Shown: one piece after another, positions 43,543 through 53,727 of the stretch
How the letters are laid out: each line of letters begins with the position of its first letter
Numbering within the stretch: the stretch's first letter is position 1
Source of the DNA: Escherichia coli
GTDB taxonomy: Bacteria > Pseudomonadota > Gammaproteobacteria > Enterobacterales > Enterobacteriaceae
Length of the DNA: 64,000 bases
Reading direction: 5' to 3' (one strand)
NCBI RefSeq assembly: GCF_044647545.1
Contig: NZ_CP172818.1
Notes under the pieces: model-generated
Told to the model about the DNA's origin: nothing
The model's input: the letters and a program-made list of their open reading frames with translations, nothing else
Databases searched by the model: none
Translations under genes and position numbers: made by a program

Positions 43543-44355
43543 TTATTTTTTAGCAGAATCTGCGGCTTTCGCATCAGCTTCCGGCTTTGCATCAGCCTTC
43601 GGCGCTGGTTTCACATCCAGCAGCTCTACGTCAAACACCAGGGTAGAATTCGGTGGAATCCCCGGAACACCCGCTTTGCCGTAAGCCAGTTCTGGTGGAA
43701 TAACCAGTTTGATCTTACCGCCTTTCTTGATGTTCTTCAGACCTTCTGTCCAACCCGGGATAACACCGTCCAGACGGAAAGAGAGCGGTTCACCACGGGT
43801 GTAAGAGTTGTCGAACTCTTTACCGTCGATCAGCGTACCTTTGTAGTTCACGACAACAGTATCGCTGTCTTTCGGTGCTTCGCCTTTACCGGCTTCTACT
43901 ACCTGATAAACCAGACCAGTTGAAGAGGTTTTCACACCTTTCTCTTTGGCAAATTTCTCGCGGTACTCTTTACCTTTCGCTTCGTTATCTGCCGCGTCTT
44001 TTTCCATCTTCGCCTGAGCAGAAGACTTCACGCGAGCTTCGAATGCTTGCAGTGTCTGTTCGATCTCTTGGTCGGAGAGTTTGCTCTTATCAGCAAATGC
44101 ATCCTGAACACCAGCGATCAGCTGATCTTTATCCAGTTTGATGCCCAGTTTTTCTTGTTCTTTAAGAGAGTTTTCCATGTAACGACCCAGCGAAGCACCC
44201 AATGCATAAGCTGATTTCTGATCGTCATTTTTGAACGCTGCTTTGCTGTCAGCAGTTGTAGCAGGTTTTGCAGCTTCAGCAGCAAAAGTGATTGGTGCAT
44301 GCAGGGCAACGGCCATTGTGGTCGCCAGCAGCGTTACTTTAAACAGTGATTTCAT
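43543..44355 (-). CDS. fkpA: periplasmic FKBP-type peptidyl-prolyl cis-trans isomerase FkpA
   Basis: 270 aa with signal peptide and FKBP domain, Lys/Ala-rich C-terminus. Confidence 0.9.
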   Translation of the reverse strand: MKSLFKVTLLATTMAVALHAPITFAAEAAKPATTADSKAAFKNDDQKSAYALGASLGRYMENSLKEQEKLGIKLDKDQLIAGVQDAFADKSKLSDQEIEQTLQAFEARVKSSAQAKMEKDAADNEAKGKEYREKFAKEKGVKTSSTGLVYQVVEAGKGEAPKDSDTVVVNYKGTLIDGKEFDNSYTRGEPLSFRLDGVIPGWTEGLKNIKKGGKIKLVIPPELAYGKAGVPGIPPNSTLVFDVELLDVKPAPKADAKPEADAKAADSAKK

Positions 44356-44575
44356 CCATATCTCCAGGATCGGGGCATCTCACCCCAGGGTTAACTATTA
44401 TCAGAAGGGTACTATAAAGCGTTGTCGAACAAATCTACATACAGACACGCCCTATTATCATCTATTTTCAGACTCTTTTTGTTTAAATTAGTTTCGATGA
44501 CCGCGAAATGAGTGCTGTCTCGGGCAGCAAAGTTAAGTAGAATCCGCGGCGACCATTCGACAAAAGAGGTGAATC

Positions 44576-44794
44576 ATGCAGGATTTATCATTGGAAGCAC
44601 GCCTGGCAGAGCTGGAGAGCCGATTGGCTTTTCAGGAAATCACCATTGAAGAACTGAACGTCACGGTGACCGCTCATGAAATGGAGATGGCGAAACTGCG
44701 CGATCATCTGCGTCTGCTGACCGAGAAGCTAAAAGCCAGCCAGCCGTCGAACATCGCGTCGCAGGCTGAAGAAACGCCACCGCCACATTATTGA
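44576..44794 (+). CDS. slyX: SlyX family protein
   Basis: 72 aa coiled-coil protein, [28 protein letters not shown]. Confidence 0.85.
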
Positions 44795-44805
44795 GGCGTA
44801 AAAAA

Positions 44806-44827
44806 AGCGGGGATTCCCCCGCTTTTT
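44806..44827. terminator. bidirectional intrinsic terminator between convergent slyX and slyD
   Basis: Perfect stem gcggggattcccccgc with A-run upstream and T-run downstream. Confidence 0.8.
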
Positions 44828-44843
44828 TGTCACTTTTTCGGTA

Positions 44844-45434
44844 TTAGTGGCAACCGCAACCGCCGTTACCTTTACCGCCGCAGCAGCCTTCGCCACCGTG
44901 TTCATGACCGTGATCGTGGCCATGACCACCGCAGCAACCGTCGTGGTCGTGATCGTGGTGATGATCGTGTGCACCGTGAACGTGGCCATGAGCCAGTTCT
45001 TCTTCAGTCGCTTCGCGAATCGCCACAACTTCAACGTTGAATTTCAGGTTCTGACCGGCCAGCATGTGGTTACCATCAACCACGACGTGATCGTCTTCAA
45101 CCGCAGTGATTTCAACCGGTACCGGACCCTGGTCGGTTTCAGCCAGGAAACGCATACCTACCTGCAGTTCATCAACGCCCATAAATACGTCTTTAGGAAC
45201 GCGTTGCACCAGGTTTTCGTCGTACTGACCGTAAGCGTCGTTCGCGCCAACAGCGACATCAAATTTGTCGCCAACTTCGTGACCTTCCAGCGCCGTTTCC
45301 AGGCCAGAGATCAGGGAACCGTGACCATGCAGGTAGTCCAGCGGCGCACTCACCGGAGACTCATCAACCAACACACCGTCTTCTGTACGTACCTGATAGG
45401 CCAGGCTGACCACCAGGTCTTTTGCTACTTTCAT
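44844..45434 (-). CDS. slyD: FKBP-type peptidyl-prolyl isomerase / metallochaperone SlyD
   Basis: 196 aa, MKVAKDLVVSLAYQVRTEDGVLVDESPVSAPLDYLHGHGSLISGLE, His/Cys/Gly-rich C-terminal tail. Confidence 0.95.
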   Translation of the reverse strand: MKVAKDLVVSLAYQVRTEDGVLVDESPVSAPLDYLHGHGSLISGLETALEGHEVGDKFDVAVGANDAYGQYDENLVQRVPKDVFMGVDELQVGMRFLAETDQGPVPVEITAVEDDHVVVDGNHMLAGQNLKFNVEVVAIREATEEELAHGHVHGAHDHHHDHDHDGCCGGHGHDHGHEHGGEGCCGGKGNGGCGCH

Positions 45435-45528
45435 GATATCTCCTGAGCATGGGAAGAATAGTGGCGCAGATTGTAGCGGAATTCTGCAGCCGTGTACTCA
45501 CTAGCTTAAAAAAACTCGGCGCATATCG

Positions 45529-45729
45529 CTAGTCCGGATGAAAAATCCCGATCACTTGCTCATCTTTGCGAACGTGATCGCGGGCTTCTTTGTCTGCTTC
45601 TCGCATCTGATGTCCGCACTTAACACATTCAACAATATCAATATTATTTTCGCGCCACATCGCCATTGAATCCTGCGCCTGACAGGCCGGGCATTTTGCC
45701 CCCGCAATAAAACGTTTTCGGATTGCCAT
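45529..45729 (-). CDS. yheV: zinc-ribbon small protein YheV
   Basis: 66 aa with CPACQ...CVKCGH zinc-ribbon pattern. Confidence 0.8.
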   Translation of the reverse strand: MAIRKRFIAGAKCPACQAQDSMAMWRENNIDIVECVKCGHQMREADKEARDHVRKDEQVIGIFHPD

Positions 45730-45738
45730 CTTTACCCT

Positions 45739-47544
45739 CTACTCAAATTCATCCCAGCCGTCCAGCTGGCGTCGTTCTTGTTGCATTTCACGCTGGAAAA
45801 TCTCTTCCAGTTCGCGTCGGGCTTCCCTGGCGCGAGAAATTTGTACGGTATCGGCATGCATTGGGATGAGCTCTCGCAACATCCGCATATCCAGGCGACG
45901 AAAATGCAGCTGCGCCCGCTGTGCCTGATGCGGATGCATGCCAAGCGTGACCAGCGTCTTGCGTCCCAGCTCTAACGCACTGGAGAATGTCTCACGAGAA
46001 AACTGCGTCACCCCTGCCTGTAATAACTCATGCGCCTCCACACGTCCGCGCGCTCGCGCAAGAATATGTAAATGCGGAAAGTGCTGCTGGCATATTTCCA
46101 CCAGTTTCATGGTGTCTTCCGGCTCGTTACAGGTAATGACGATAGACTCAGCGGCCTCTGCACCCGCAGAACGTAAAAGATCTACCTGCGTGGCGTCGCC
46201 GTAATAAACTTTGTAGCCATATTTACGCATCAGGTTAACGGCGCTGATATCCCGCTCCAGCACGGTAATGCGCATTTTATTTGCCATCAGCAAACGACCA
46301 ATCACCTGACCAAAACGCCCAAAGCCCACGACAATGACCTGCGGTTTATCATCGTTGACCCATGGTTTTTCGTCTTCTTCTTCCGGTCCGTTAAACTGGC
46401 GGGATAGCCATTTATCTACCAGCTTCATCAGCAGCGGCGTGGTCATCATGGAAAGCGTCACCGTCACCAGCAACAGCGCCATCTGGTCGCCCTGAAATAA
46501 GCGTTGTGAAGAAGCGGTAGAAAAGAGCACAAAGGCAAACTCACCGCCCTGACTCAACACGCCAGCAAACTGCATCCGCTCTGAGCTACGCACGCCATAC
46601 AATCGCGCCAGCAGATACAGCACGAGAATTTTCACCGCCACCAGCACAACCACACTTATCACTACCCACAACAGATGGGTATAAAGCACCCCGAGGTTGA
46701 GTGACATGCCGACAGAGATAAAGAACAAACCGAGCAGCAAGCCTTTGAAGGGATCGATAGCCGTTTCCAGTTCATGGCGATATTCACTTTCCGCCAGTAG
46801 CACACCCGCAATAAACGTACCGAGCGCCATCGACAACCCCAGCGCATCCATAAACAATGCGGAACCCAACACCAGCAGCAGCGTCGCGGCGGTGAACACT
46901 TCCCGCACACCAGAAGCTGCAATAAAACGGAATACCGGACGCAGTAAATAGCGCCCGCCAATCAGCATGCCGACAAACGCCAGCACCTTCATGCCGATCT
47001 TCATCCAGTCGAAATGTTCGTCTGCCGAACCCGCCAACAACGGCACTAACGCCAGTGCCGGGATCACCGCCAGATCCTGAAACAGCAGAACCGAAAAACC
47101 TAGCTGCCCGGATTCGCTGCGATTCATCCCTTTCTCACGCATCAGTTGCAACGCCATTGCGGTTGAGGACATCGCAAGGCCAATACCACCGACCACCGCC
47201 GCCTGCCATGAGAAATGGGTCAGCATCAATAATCCCGCCAGCAACGCCGCGCTTAACAGCACCTGTGCCGCACCTACGCCAAAAATCGAACGCCGCAATT
47301 GCCAAAGCTTGGAGGGATTCAACTCCAGGCCGATGATAAACATCAGGAACACCACGCCGAGTTCCGAAAAGTGGAGGATCTCATCGACGTCGCTAATAAA
47401 ACCCAGCCCCCACGGGCCAATAGCAATCCCTGCCAGCAAATATCCCAACACAGCGCCAATCCCCAGCCGCGATGCCAGCGGCACCGCAGCCACCGCCGCG
47501 AAGAGAAACAGCACTCCTGCGAGTAAAAAATCGGAACCTTCCAT
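45739..47544 (-). CDS. kefB: glutathione-regulated potassium-efflux system protein KefB
   Basis: 601 aa, CPA2 antiporter membrane domain plus C-terminal KTN/RCK domain. Confidence 0.9.
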   Translation of the reverse strand: MEGSDFLLAGVLFLFAAVAAVPLASRLGIGAVLGYLLAGIAIGPWGLGFISDVDEILHFSELGVVFLMFIIGLELNPSKLWQLRRSIFGVGAAQVLLSAALLAGLLMLTHFSWQAAVVGGIGLAMSSTAMALQLMREKGMNRSESGQLGFSVLLFQDLAVIPALALVPLLAGSADEHFDWMKIGMKVLAFVGMLIGGRYLLRPVFRFIAASGVREVFTAATLLLVLGSALFMDALGLSMALGTFIAGVLLAESEYRHELETAIDPFKGLLLGLFFISVGMSLNLGVLYTHLLWVVISVVVLVAVKILVLYLLARLYGVRSSERMQFAGVLSQGGEFAFVLFSTASSQRLFQGDQMALLLVTVTLSMMTTPLLMKLVDKWLSRQFNGPEEEDEKPWVNDDKPQVIVVGFGRFGQVIGRLLMANKMRITVLERDISAVNLMRKYGYKVYYGDATQVDLLRSAGAEAAESIVITCNEPEDTMKLVEICQQHFPHLHILARARGRVEAHELLQAGVTQFSRETFSSALELGRKTLVTLGMHPHQAQRAQLHFRRLDMRMLRELIPMHADTVQISRAREARRELEEIFQREMQQERRQLDGWDEFE

Positions 47545-48098
47545 CAGCGGCCTCCTGGAGACAGCGGATTTGCCAGCCAGTCACCGTAGGCTCTGGCGTG
47601 GCTCGCCAGCTCCTGTGCGCTTTGCCGTCTCGCCCAGTAAATAATGATGGGACTTAACCAATGCATCCGGCACATGCCCGCCGCCAGTTCAAAGGGGCGC
47701 AGCACATCGCTCATCGGGTAGCGATTCAAGGCGTCATAACGGTAAGCACTTTCCGGCTCGCCGGTGGTAATCACGCTACGCCAGTACTTTCCCGCCAGTT
47801 GGTTTCCTCCCGGCCCGCTGGCAAAACCACGGCTTAATACCCGGTCCAGCCACTCTTTCAGTAGCGCCGGGCAGCTATAGGTATAAAGAGGATGCTGAAA
47901 GACAATCACCTCGTGCTCGCGCAGTAATGCCTGCTCTCGGGGGATATCAATAAAAAAATCGGGATAGTGCGCGTAAAGGTCGTGCACGGTAACATTGCTG
48001 AGCTGCGTAGCCGGTTTAAGCAGTACCCGGTTTGCCACCGAGTCCTGAGATTCCGGATGGGCATACAGCAGCAAAACTTTCGCTGGCTGAGACATCAT
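47544..48098 (-). CDS. kefG: KefB ancillary protein KefG (flavodoxin-like quinone oxidoreductase fold)
   Basis: 184 aa, [24 protein letters not shown]; stop overlaps kefB start. Confidence 0.9.
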
Positions 48099-48225
48099 CC
48101 CCCTCCCGGTATGGTTTTTGTGTATAGTCGCTGTTTTGGGCTACCATTGCGCCCGGTGCGGCAGCTCGCCCATACATTACATTATCATAATGATAAGTTA
48201 ACATAGTCTGAACATACGGCGCCTT

Positions 48226-50139
48226 ATGATTGTTTTCTCCTCGTTACAAATTCGTCGCGGCGTGCGCGTCCTGCTGGATAATGCCACCGCCACCATCAAC
48301 CCCGGGCAGAAAGTCGGCCTGGTGGGTAAAAACGGCTGTGGTAAATCTACCCTGCTGGCATTGCTGAAAAATGAAATCAGCGCCGACGGCGGCAGCTACA
48401 CCTTTCCGGGAAGCTGGCAACTGGCGTGGGTGAATCAGGAAACACCAGCGCTACCGCAAGCGGCGCTGGAATATGTCATTGACGGCGACCGTGAATATCG
48501 TCAACTGGAAGCGCAGCTACACGACGCCAACGAACGTAACGACGGGCACGCCATCGCCACTATTCATGGCAAGCTGGATGCTATTGACGCATGGAGTATT
48601 CGCTCCCGTGCCGCCAGCCTGCTGCACGGCCTCGGTTTCAGCAATGAACAACTGGAGCGCCCGGTAAGTGATTTCTCCGGTGGCTGGCGTATGCGTCTTA
48701 ACCTTGCCCAGGCGCTGATTTGCCGTTCAGACTTGCTGCTGCTCGACGAACCGACTAACCACCTCGATCTCGATGCCGTTATCTGGCTGGAAAAATGGCT
48801 GAAGAGCTATCAGGGCACGCTGATCCTGATCTCTCACGACCGCGACTTCCTCGATCCGATCGTTGATAAAATTATTCATATCGAACAACAAAGCATGTTC
48901 GAGTACACCGGCAACTACAGTTCGTTTGAAGTACAGCGCGCCACCCGTTTGGCGCAGCAACAAGCGATGTATGAAAGCCAGCAGGAACGCGTGGCGCATC
49001 TGCAAAGTTATATCGACCGTTTCCGTGCCAAAGCCACCAAAGCGAAGCAGGCCCAGAGCCGTATTAAGATGCTGGAGCGTATGGAGCTGATTGCCCCGGC
49101 GCACGTCGACAACCCGTTCCGCTTTAGCTTCCGCGCGCCGGAAAGCCTGCCTAATCCGTTATTAAAGATGGAAAAAGTCAGCGCAGGCTATGGTGATCGC
49201 ATTATTCTCGACTCGATTAAACTGAATCTGGTCCCCGGCTCGCGCATTGGTCTGCTAGGCCGCAACGGCGCGGGTAAATCGACATTAATCAAACTGTTAG
49301 CCGGTGAACTTGCGCCAGTCAGCGGTGAAATTGGTCTGGCGAAAGGGATCAAGCTCGGCTACTTCGCCCAGCATCAACTTGAATACCTGCGCGCCGACGA
49401 ATCGCCTATTCAACATCTGGCACGTTTAGCGCCGCAGGAGCTGGAACAAAAACTGCGTGATTACCTCGGCGGCTTTGGTTTCCAGGGCGATAAAGTAACC
49501 GAAGAAACGCGCCGCTTTTCCGGTGGGGAAAAAGCCCGCCTGGTGCTGGCATTAATCGTCTGGCAGCGTCCGAATCTGCTGCTGCTCGACGAACCGACTA
49601 ACCACCTTGACCTCGACATGCGTCAGGCACTCACTGAAGCATTAATCGAGTTCGAAGGCGCGCTGGTTGTCGTTTCGCACGACCGTCATTTGCTGCGTTC
49701 CACCACTGACGATCTCTACCTGGTTCACGATCGTAAAGTCGAACCGTTCGACGGCGATCTGGAAGATTATCAACAGTGGTTGAGCGACGTACAAAAGCAG
49801 GAAAACCAGGCCGACGAAGCGCCAAAAGAGAACGCGAACAGCGCCCAGGCACGTAAAGATCAGAAACGTCGGGAAGCGGAGCTGCGTGCGCAAACCCAGC
49901 CACTGCGTAAAGAGATTGCCCGTCTGGAAAAAGAGATGGAGAAGCTGAACGCGCAACTGGCGCAGGCGGAAGAGAAACTCGGCGACAGCGAACTGTACGA
50001 TCAAAGCCGTAAAGCGGAGTTGACCGCCTGCCTGCAACAGCAAGCCAGCGCCAAATCCGGCCTGGAAGAGTGCGAAATGGCGTGGCTGGAAGCCCAGGAG
50101 CAGCTTGAGCAGATGCTGCTGGAAGGCCAAAGCAACTGA
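48226..50139 (+). CDS. yheS: ABC-F family ATPase (translation-associated)
   Basis: 637 aa with two ABC cassettes (GKNGCGKST, GRNGAGKST) and C-terminal coiled coil, no TM domain. Confidence 0.9.
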   Translation: MIVFSSLQIRRGVRVLLDNATATINPGQKVGLVGKNGCGKSTLLALLKNEISADGGSYTFPGSWQLAWVNQETPALPQAALEYVIDGDREYRQLEAQLHDANERNDGHAIATIHGKLDAIDAWSIRSRAASLLHGLGFSNEQLERPVSDFSGGWRMRLNLAQALICRSDLLLLDEPTNHLDLDAVIWLEKWLKSYQGTLILISHDRDFLDPIVDKIIHIEQQSMFEYTGNYSSFEVQRATRLAQQQAMYESQQERVAHLQSYIDRFRAKATKAKQAQSRIKMLERMELIAPAHVDNPFRFSFRAPESLPNPLLKMEKVSAGYGDRIILDSIKLNLVPGSRIGLLGRNGAGKSTLIKLLAGELAPVSGEIGLAKGIKLGYFAQHQLEYLRADESPIQHLARLAPQELEQKLRDYLGGFGFQGDKVTEETRRFSGGEKARLVLALIVWQRPNLLLLDEPTNHLDLDMRQALTEALIEFEGALVVVSHDRHLLRSTTDDLYLVHDRKVEPFDGDLEDYQQWLSDVQKQENQADEAPKENANSAQARKDQKRREAELRAQTQPLRKEIARLEKEMEKLNAQLAQAEEKLGDSELYDQSRKAELTACLQQQASAKSGLEECEMAWLEAQEQLEQMLLEGQSN

Positions 50140-51161
50140 TGGCGCAGATAACAACGACCGATGCCAATGAATTTAGCAGCAGTGCTGAATTCTCCCCTAT
50201 GCGCGGCTTTAGCAATTGTCATCTACAAACCATGCTGCCGCGTCTGTTCCGTCGCAAGGTGAAATTCACCCCGTACTGGCAGCGGCTGGAGTTGCCCGAC
50301 GGCGATTTTGTCGATCTCGCGTGGAGTGAAGATCCTGCACAGGCGCGGCATAAACCGCGTTTAGTCGTGTTTCACGGGCTCGAAGGCAGTCTCAATAGCC
50401 CTTACGCCCACGGTCTGGTTGAGGCGGCGCAAAAGCGTGGCTGGCTGGGCGTGGTGATGCATTTTCGCGGATGCAGCGGTGAACCAAACCGTATGAACCG
50501 CATTTACCATTCGGGCGAAACCGAAGACGCTAGCTGGTTTTTACGCTGGCTGCAACGCGAATTTGGTCATGCGCCAACGGCTGCCGTCGGCTATTCGCTC
50601 GGCGGTAATATGCTGGCCTGTTTGCTGGCAAAAGAAGGTACTGATCTCCCGATTGATGCGGCGGTGATTGTCTCTGCGCCGTTTATGCTGGAGGCCTGTA
50701 GTTACCATATGGAAAAGGGCTTTTCCCGCATTTATCAGCGTTACTTGCTGAACCTGTTAAAAGCCAATGCCGCGCGCAAGCTGGCAGCCTACCCCGGAAC
50801 ACTGCCGATTAATCTCGCGCAGTTAAAATCGGTACGTCGCATCCGTGAATTTGACGATCTCATCACCGCCAGAATTCACGGCTACGCTGACGCTATCGAC
50901 TATTATCGTCAGTGTAGCGCCATGCCGATGCTGAACCAGATCGCCAAACCGACGCTGATTATTCACGCCAAAGACGATCCGTTTATGGATCATCAGGTGA
51001 TCCCGAAACCGGAAAGTCTCCCCCCGCAGGTGGAGTATCAACTGACTGAACATGGCGGTCATGTTGGCTTTATTGGCGGTACGTTACTTCATCCGCAAAT
51101 GTGGCTGGAGTCACGCATTCCTGACTGGTTAACAACGTATCTGGAGGCGAAATCATGTTGA
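50139..51161 (+). CDS. yheT: alpha/beta-hydrolase fold protein YheT
   Basis: 340 aa, GYSLGGN nucleophile elbow; start overlaps yheS stop. Confidence 0.85.
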
Positions 51162-51373
51162 TTCCGTGGCAAGACCTCTCCCCCGAAACGCTGGAAAATT
51201 TAATTGAAAGCTTTGTGTTACGTGAAGGCACCGATTATGGTGAACATGAGCGTACACTTGAACAGAAAGTCGCCGACGTCAAACGCCAGCTACAGTGCGG
51301 AGAAGCGGTGCTGGTATGGTCGGAGCTGCACGAAACGGTCAATATCATGCCGCGCAGTCAGTTTCGCGAATAA
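51155..51373 (+). CDS. yheU: UPF0270 small protein YheU
   Basis: 72 aa [35 protein letters not shown]. Confidence 0.8.
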
Positions 51374-51426
51374 CCTGCAACCGTCGGCGGACGAGATAAT
51401 AATGATAGCTAAGTCATGGAGTTACT

Positions 51427-52296
51427 ATGTCTGCCAAACATCCGGTCATTGCGGTAACAGGATCCAGCGGCGCGGGGACCACCACCACCAGCCTCGCGTT
51501 TCGTAAAATATTCGCGCAGTTAAATCTGCATGCAGCCGAGGTGGAAGGTGACAGTTTTCACCGTTACACCCGCCCGGAAATGGACATGGCGATCCGCAAA
51601 GCGCGCGACGCCGGGCGGCATATCAGCTACTTCGGCCCCGAAGCGAACGACTTCGGCCTGCTGGAACAAACCTTCATTGAATACGGTCAGAGCGGCAAAG
51701 GGAAATCTCGCAAATATCTGCATACCTACGACGAAGCCGTACCGTGGAATCAGGTACCGGGGACATTCACCCCATGGCAACCTTTACCGGAACCCACTGA
51801 TGTACTGTTTTATGAAGGTTTACACGGCGGCGTCGTCACGCCACAGCATAACGTTGCGCAGCATGTGGATTTACTGGTCGGCGTGGTGCCTATCGTTAAC
51901 CTTGAGTGGATTCAAAAATTGATCCGCGACACCAGCGAGCGCGGGCACTCACGAGAAGCAGTGATGGACTCAGTAGTGCGCTCAATGGAAGACTATATCA
52001 ACTACATCACACCGCAGTTTTCCCGCACCCATCTTAACTTCCAGCGCGTTCCCACCGTCGACACCTCAAACCCGTTCGCGGCAAAAGGTATCCCGTCGCT
52101 GGATGAAAGCTTTGTGGTGATCCATTTTCGTAATCTGGAAGGGATCGATTTCCCCTGGCTGCTGGCGATGTTGCAGGGCTCATTCATTTCCCACATCAAT
52201 ACGTTAGTGGTGCCCGGCGGCAAAATGGGTCTGGCAATGGAATTAATTATGCTGCCGCTGGTGCAACGATTGATGGAAGGAAAGAAAATCGAGTAA
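51427..52296 (+). CDS. prkB: phosphoribulokinase-family protein
   Basis: 289 aa, P-loop GSSGAGTTT, PRK/uridine kinase family. Confidence 0.85.
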   Translation: MSAKHPVIAVTGSSGAGTTTTSLAFRKIFAQLNLHAAEVEGDSFHRYTRPEMDMAIRKARDAGRHISYFGPEANDFGLLEQTFIEYGQSGKGKSRKYLHTYDEAVPWNQVPGTFTPWQPLPEPTDVLFYEGLHGGVVTPQHNVAQHVDLLVGVVPIVNLEWIQKLIRDTSERGHSREAVMDSVVRSMEDYINYITPQFSRTHLNFQRVPTVDTSNPFAAKGIPSLDESFVVIHFRNLEGIDFPWLLAMLQGSFISHINTLVVPGGKMGLAMELIMLPLVQRLMEGKKIE

Positions 52297-52350
52297 CTCT
52301 GCTATTACGCCGGATAAAATACTATCCGGCTTCACAACGGGATAGTTAAA

Positions 52351-52755
52351 TCACGCGGCAACCACTTCATACGAGTGAGTAATATTCACCGCTTTTTCCA
52401 GCATCAACGCCACTGAACAATATTTCTCAGCAGAGAGATCAACCGCACGCGCAACCGCTGCGTCTTTCAGGTCGCGACCGGTGACGATAAAATGCAGATT
52501 AATGTGCGTAAACAGGCGTGGTGCCTCTTCGCGGCGTTCAGAGGTCAATTTTACTTCACAATCGACCACATCCTGACGCCCTTTTTGCAGGATAGAAACC
52601 ACATCGATGGCACTGCAACCCCCCGCCGCCATCAACACCATTTCCATCGGACTTGGTGCTTTATCGCCTGAGTTGCCGTCCATTAAAATCTGGTGACCAG
52701 AGGCGGATTCGCCCAGAAAAGTTAACCCTTCGACCCACTTCACTCGCGCTTGCAT
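52351..52755 (-). CDS. yhfA: OsmC/Ohr-family protein YhfA
   Basis: 134 aa OsmC-like, divergent from crp. Confidence 0.85.
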   Translation of the reverse strand: MQARVKWVEGLTFLGESASGHQILMDGNSGDKAPSPMEMVLMAAGGCSAIDVVSILQKGRQDVVDCEVKLTSERREEAPRLFTHINLHFIVTGRDLKDAAVARAVDLSAEKYCSVALMLEKAVNITHSYEVVAA

Positions 52756-53056
52756 TTTTGCTACTCCACTGCGTCAATTTTCCTGACAGAGTACGCGTAC
52801 TAACCAAATCGCGCAACGGAAGGCGACCTGGGTCATGCTGAAGCGAGACACCAGGAGACACAAAGCGAAAGCTATGCTAAAACAGTCAGGATGCTACAGT
52901 AATACATTGATGTACTGCATGTATGCAAAGGACGTCACATTACCGTGCAGTACAGTTGATAGCCCCTTCCCAGGTAGCGGGAAGCATATTTCGGCAATCC
53001 AGAGACAGCGGCGTTATCTGGCTCTGGAGAAAGCTTATAACAGAGGATAACCGCGC
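52756..53056. promoter_or_regulatory. crp promoter region (divergent from yhfA)
   Basis: 300 bp divergent intergenic region upstream of crp; individual sites not mapped. Confidence 0.4.
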
Positions 53057-53689
53057 ATGGTGCTTGGCAAACCGCAAACAGACCCGACTCTCGAATGGTT
53101 CTTGTCTCATTGCCACATTCATAAGTACCCATCCAAGAGCACGCTTATTCACCAGGGTGAAAAAGCGGAAACGCTGTACTACATCGTTAAAGGCTCTGTG
53201 GCAGTGCTGATCAAAGACGAAGAGGGTAAAGAAATGATCCTCTCCTATCTGAATCAGGGTGATTTTATTGGCGAACTGGGCCTGTTTGAAGAGGGCCAGG
53301 AACGTAGCGCATGGGTACGTGCGAAAACCGCCTGTGAAGTGGCTGAAATTTCGTACAAAAAATTTCGCCAATTGATTCAGGTAAACCCGGACATTCTGAT
53401 GCGTCTGTCTGCACAGATGGCGCGTCGTCTGCAAGTCACTTCAGAGAAAGTGGGCAACCTGGCGTTCCTCGACGTGACGGGCCGCATTGCACAGACTCTG
53501 CTGAACCTGGCAAAACAACCAGATGCTATGACTCACCCGGACGGTATGCAAATCAAAATTACCCGTCAGGAAATCGGTCAGATTGTCGGCTGTTCTCGTG
53601 AAACCGTGGGACGCATTCTGAAGATGCTGGAAGATCAGAACCTGATCTCCGCACACGGTAAAACCATCGTCGTTTACGGCACTCGTTAA
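53057..53689 (+). CDS. crp: cAMP receptor protein (catabolite activator protein)
   Basis: 210 aa, [50 protein letters not shown]... with C-terminal HTH. Confidence 0.97.
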
Positions 53690-53727
53690 TCCCGTCGGAG
53701 TGGCGCGTTACCTGGTAGCGCGCCATT

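Noticed and set aside
44356-44575. Candidate sigmaE (fkpA) and sigma32 (slyX) promoters in the divergent fkpA-slyX intergenic region
   Set aside because: I could not find convincing matches to the GGAACTT-N16-TCAAA or CTTGAAA-N14-CCCCAT consensus by eye; left unannotated.
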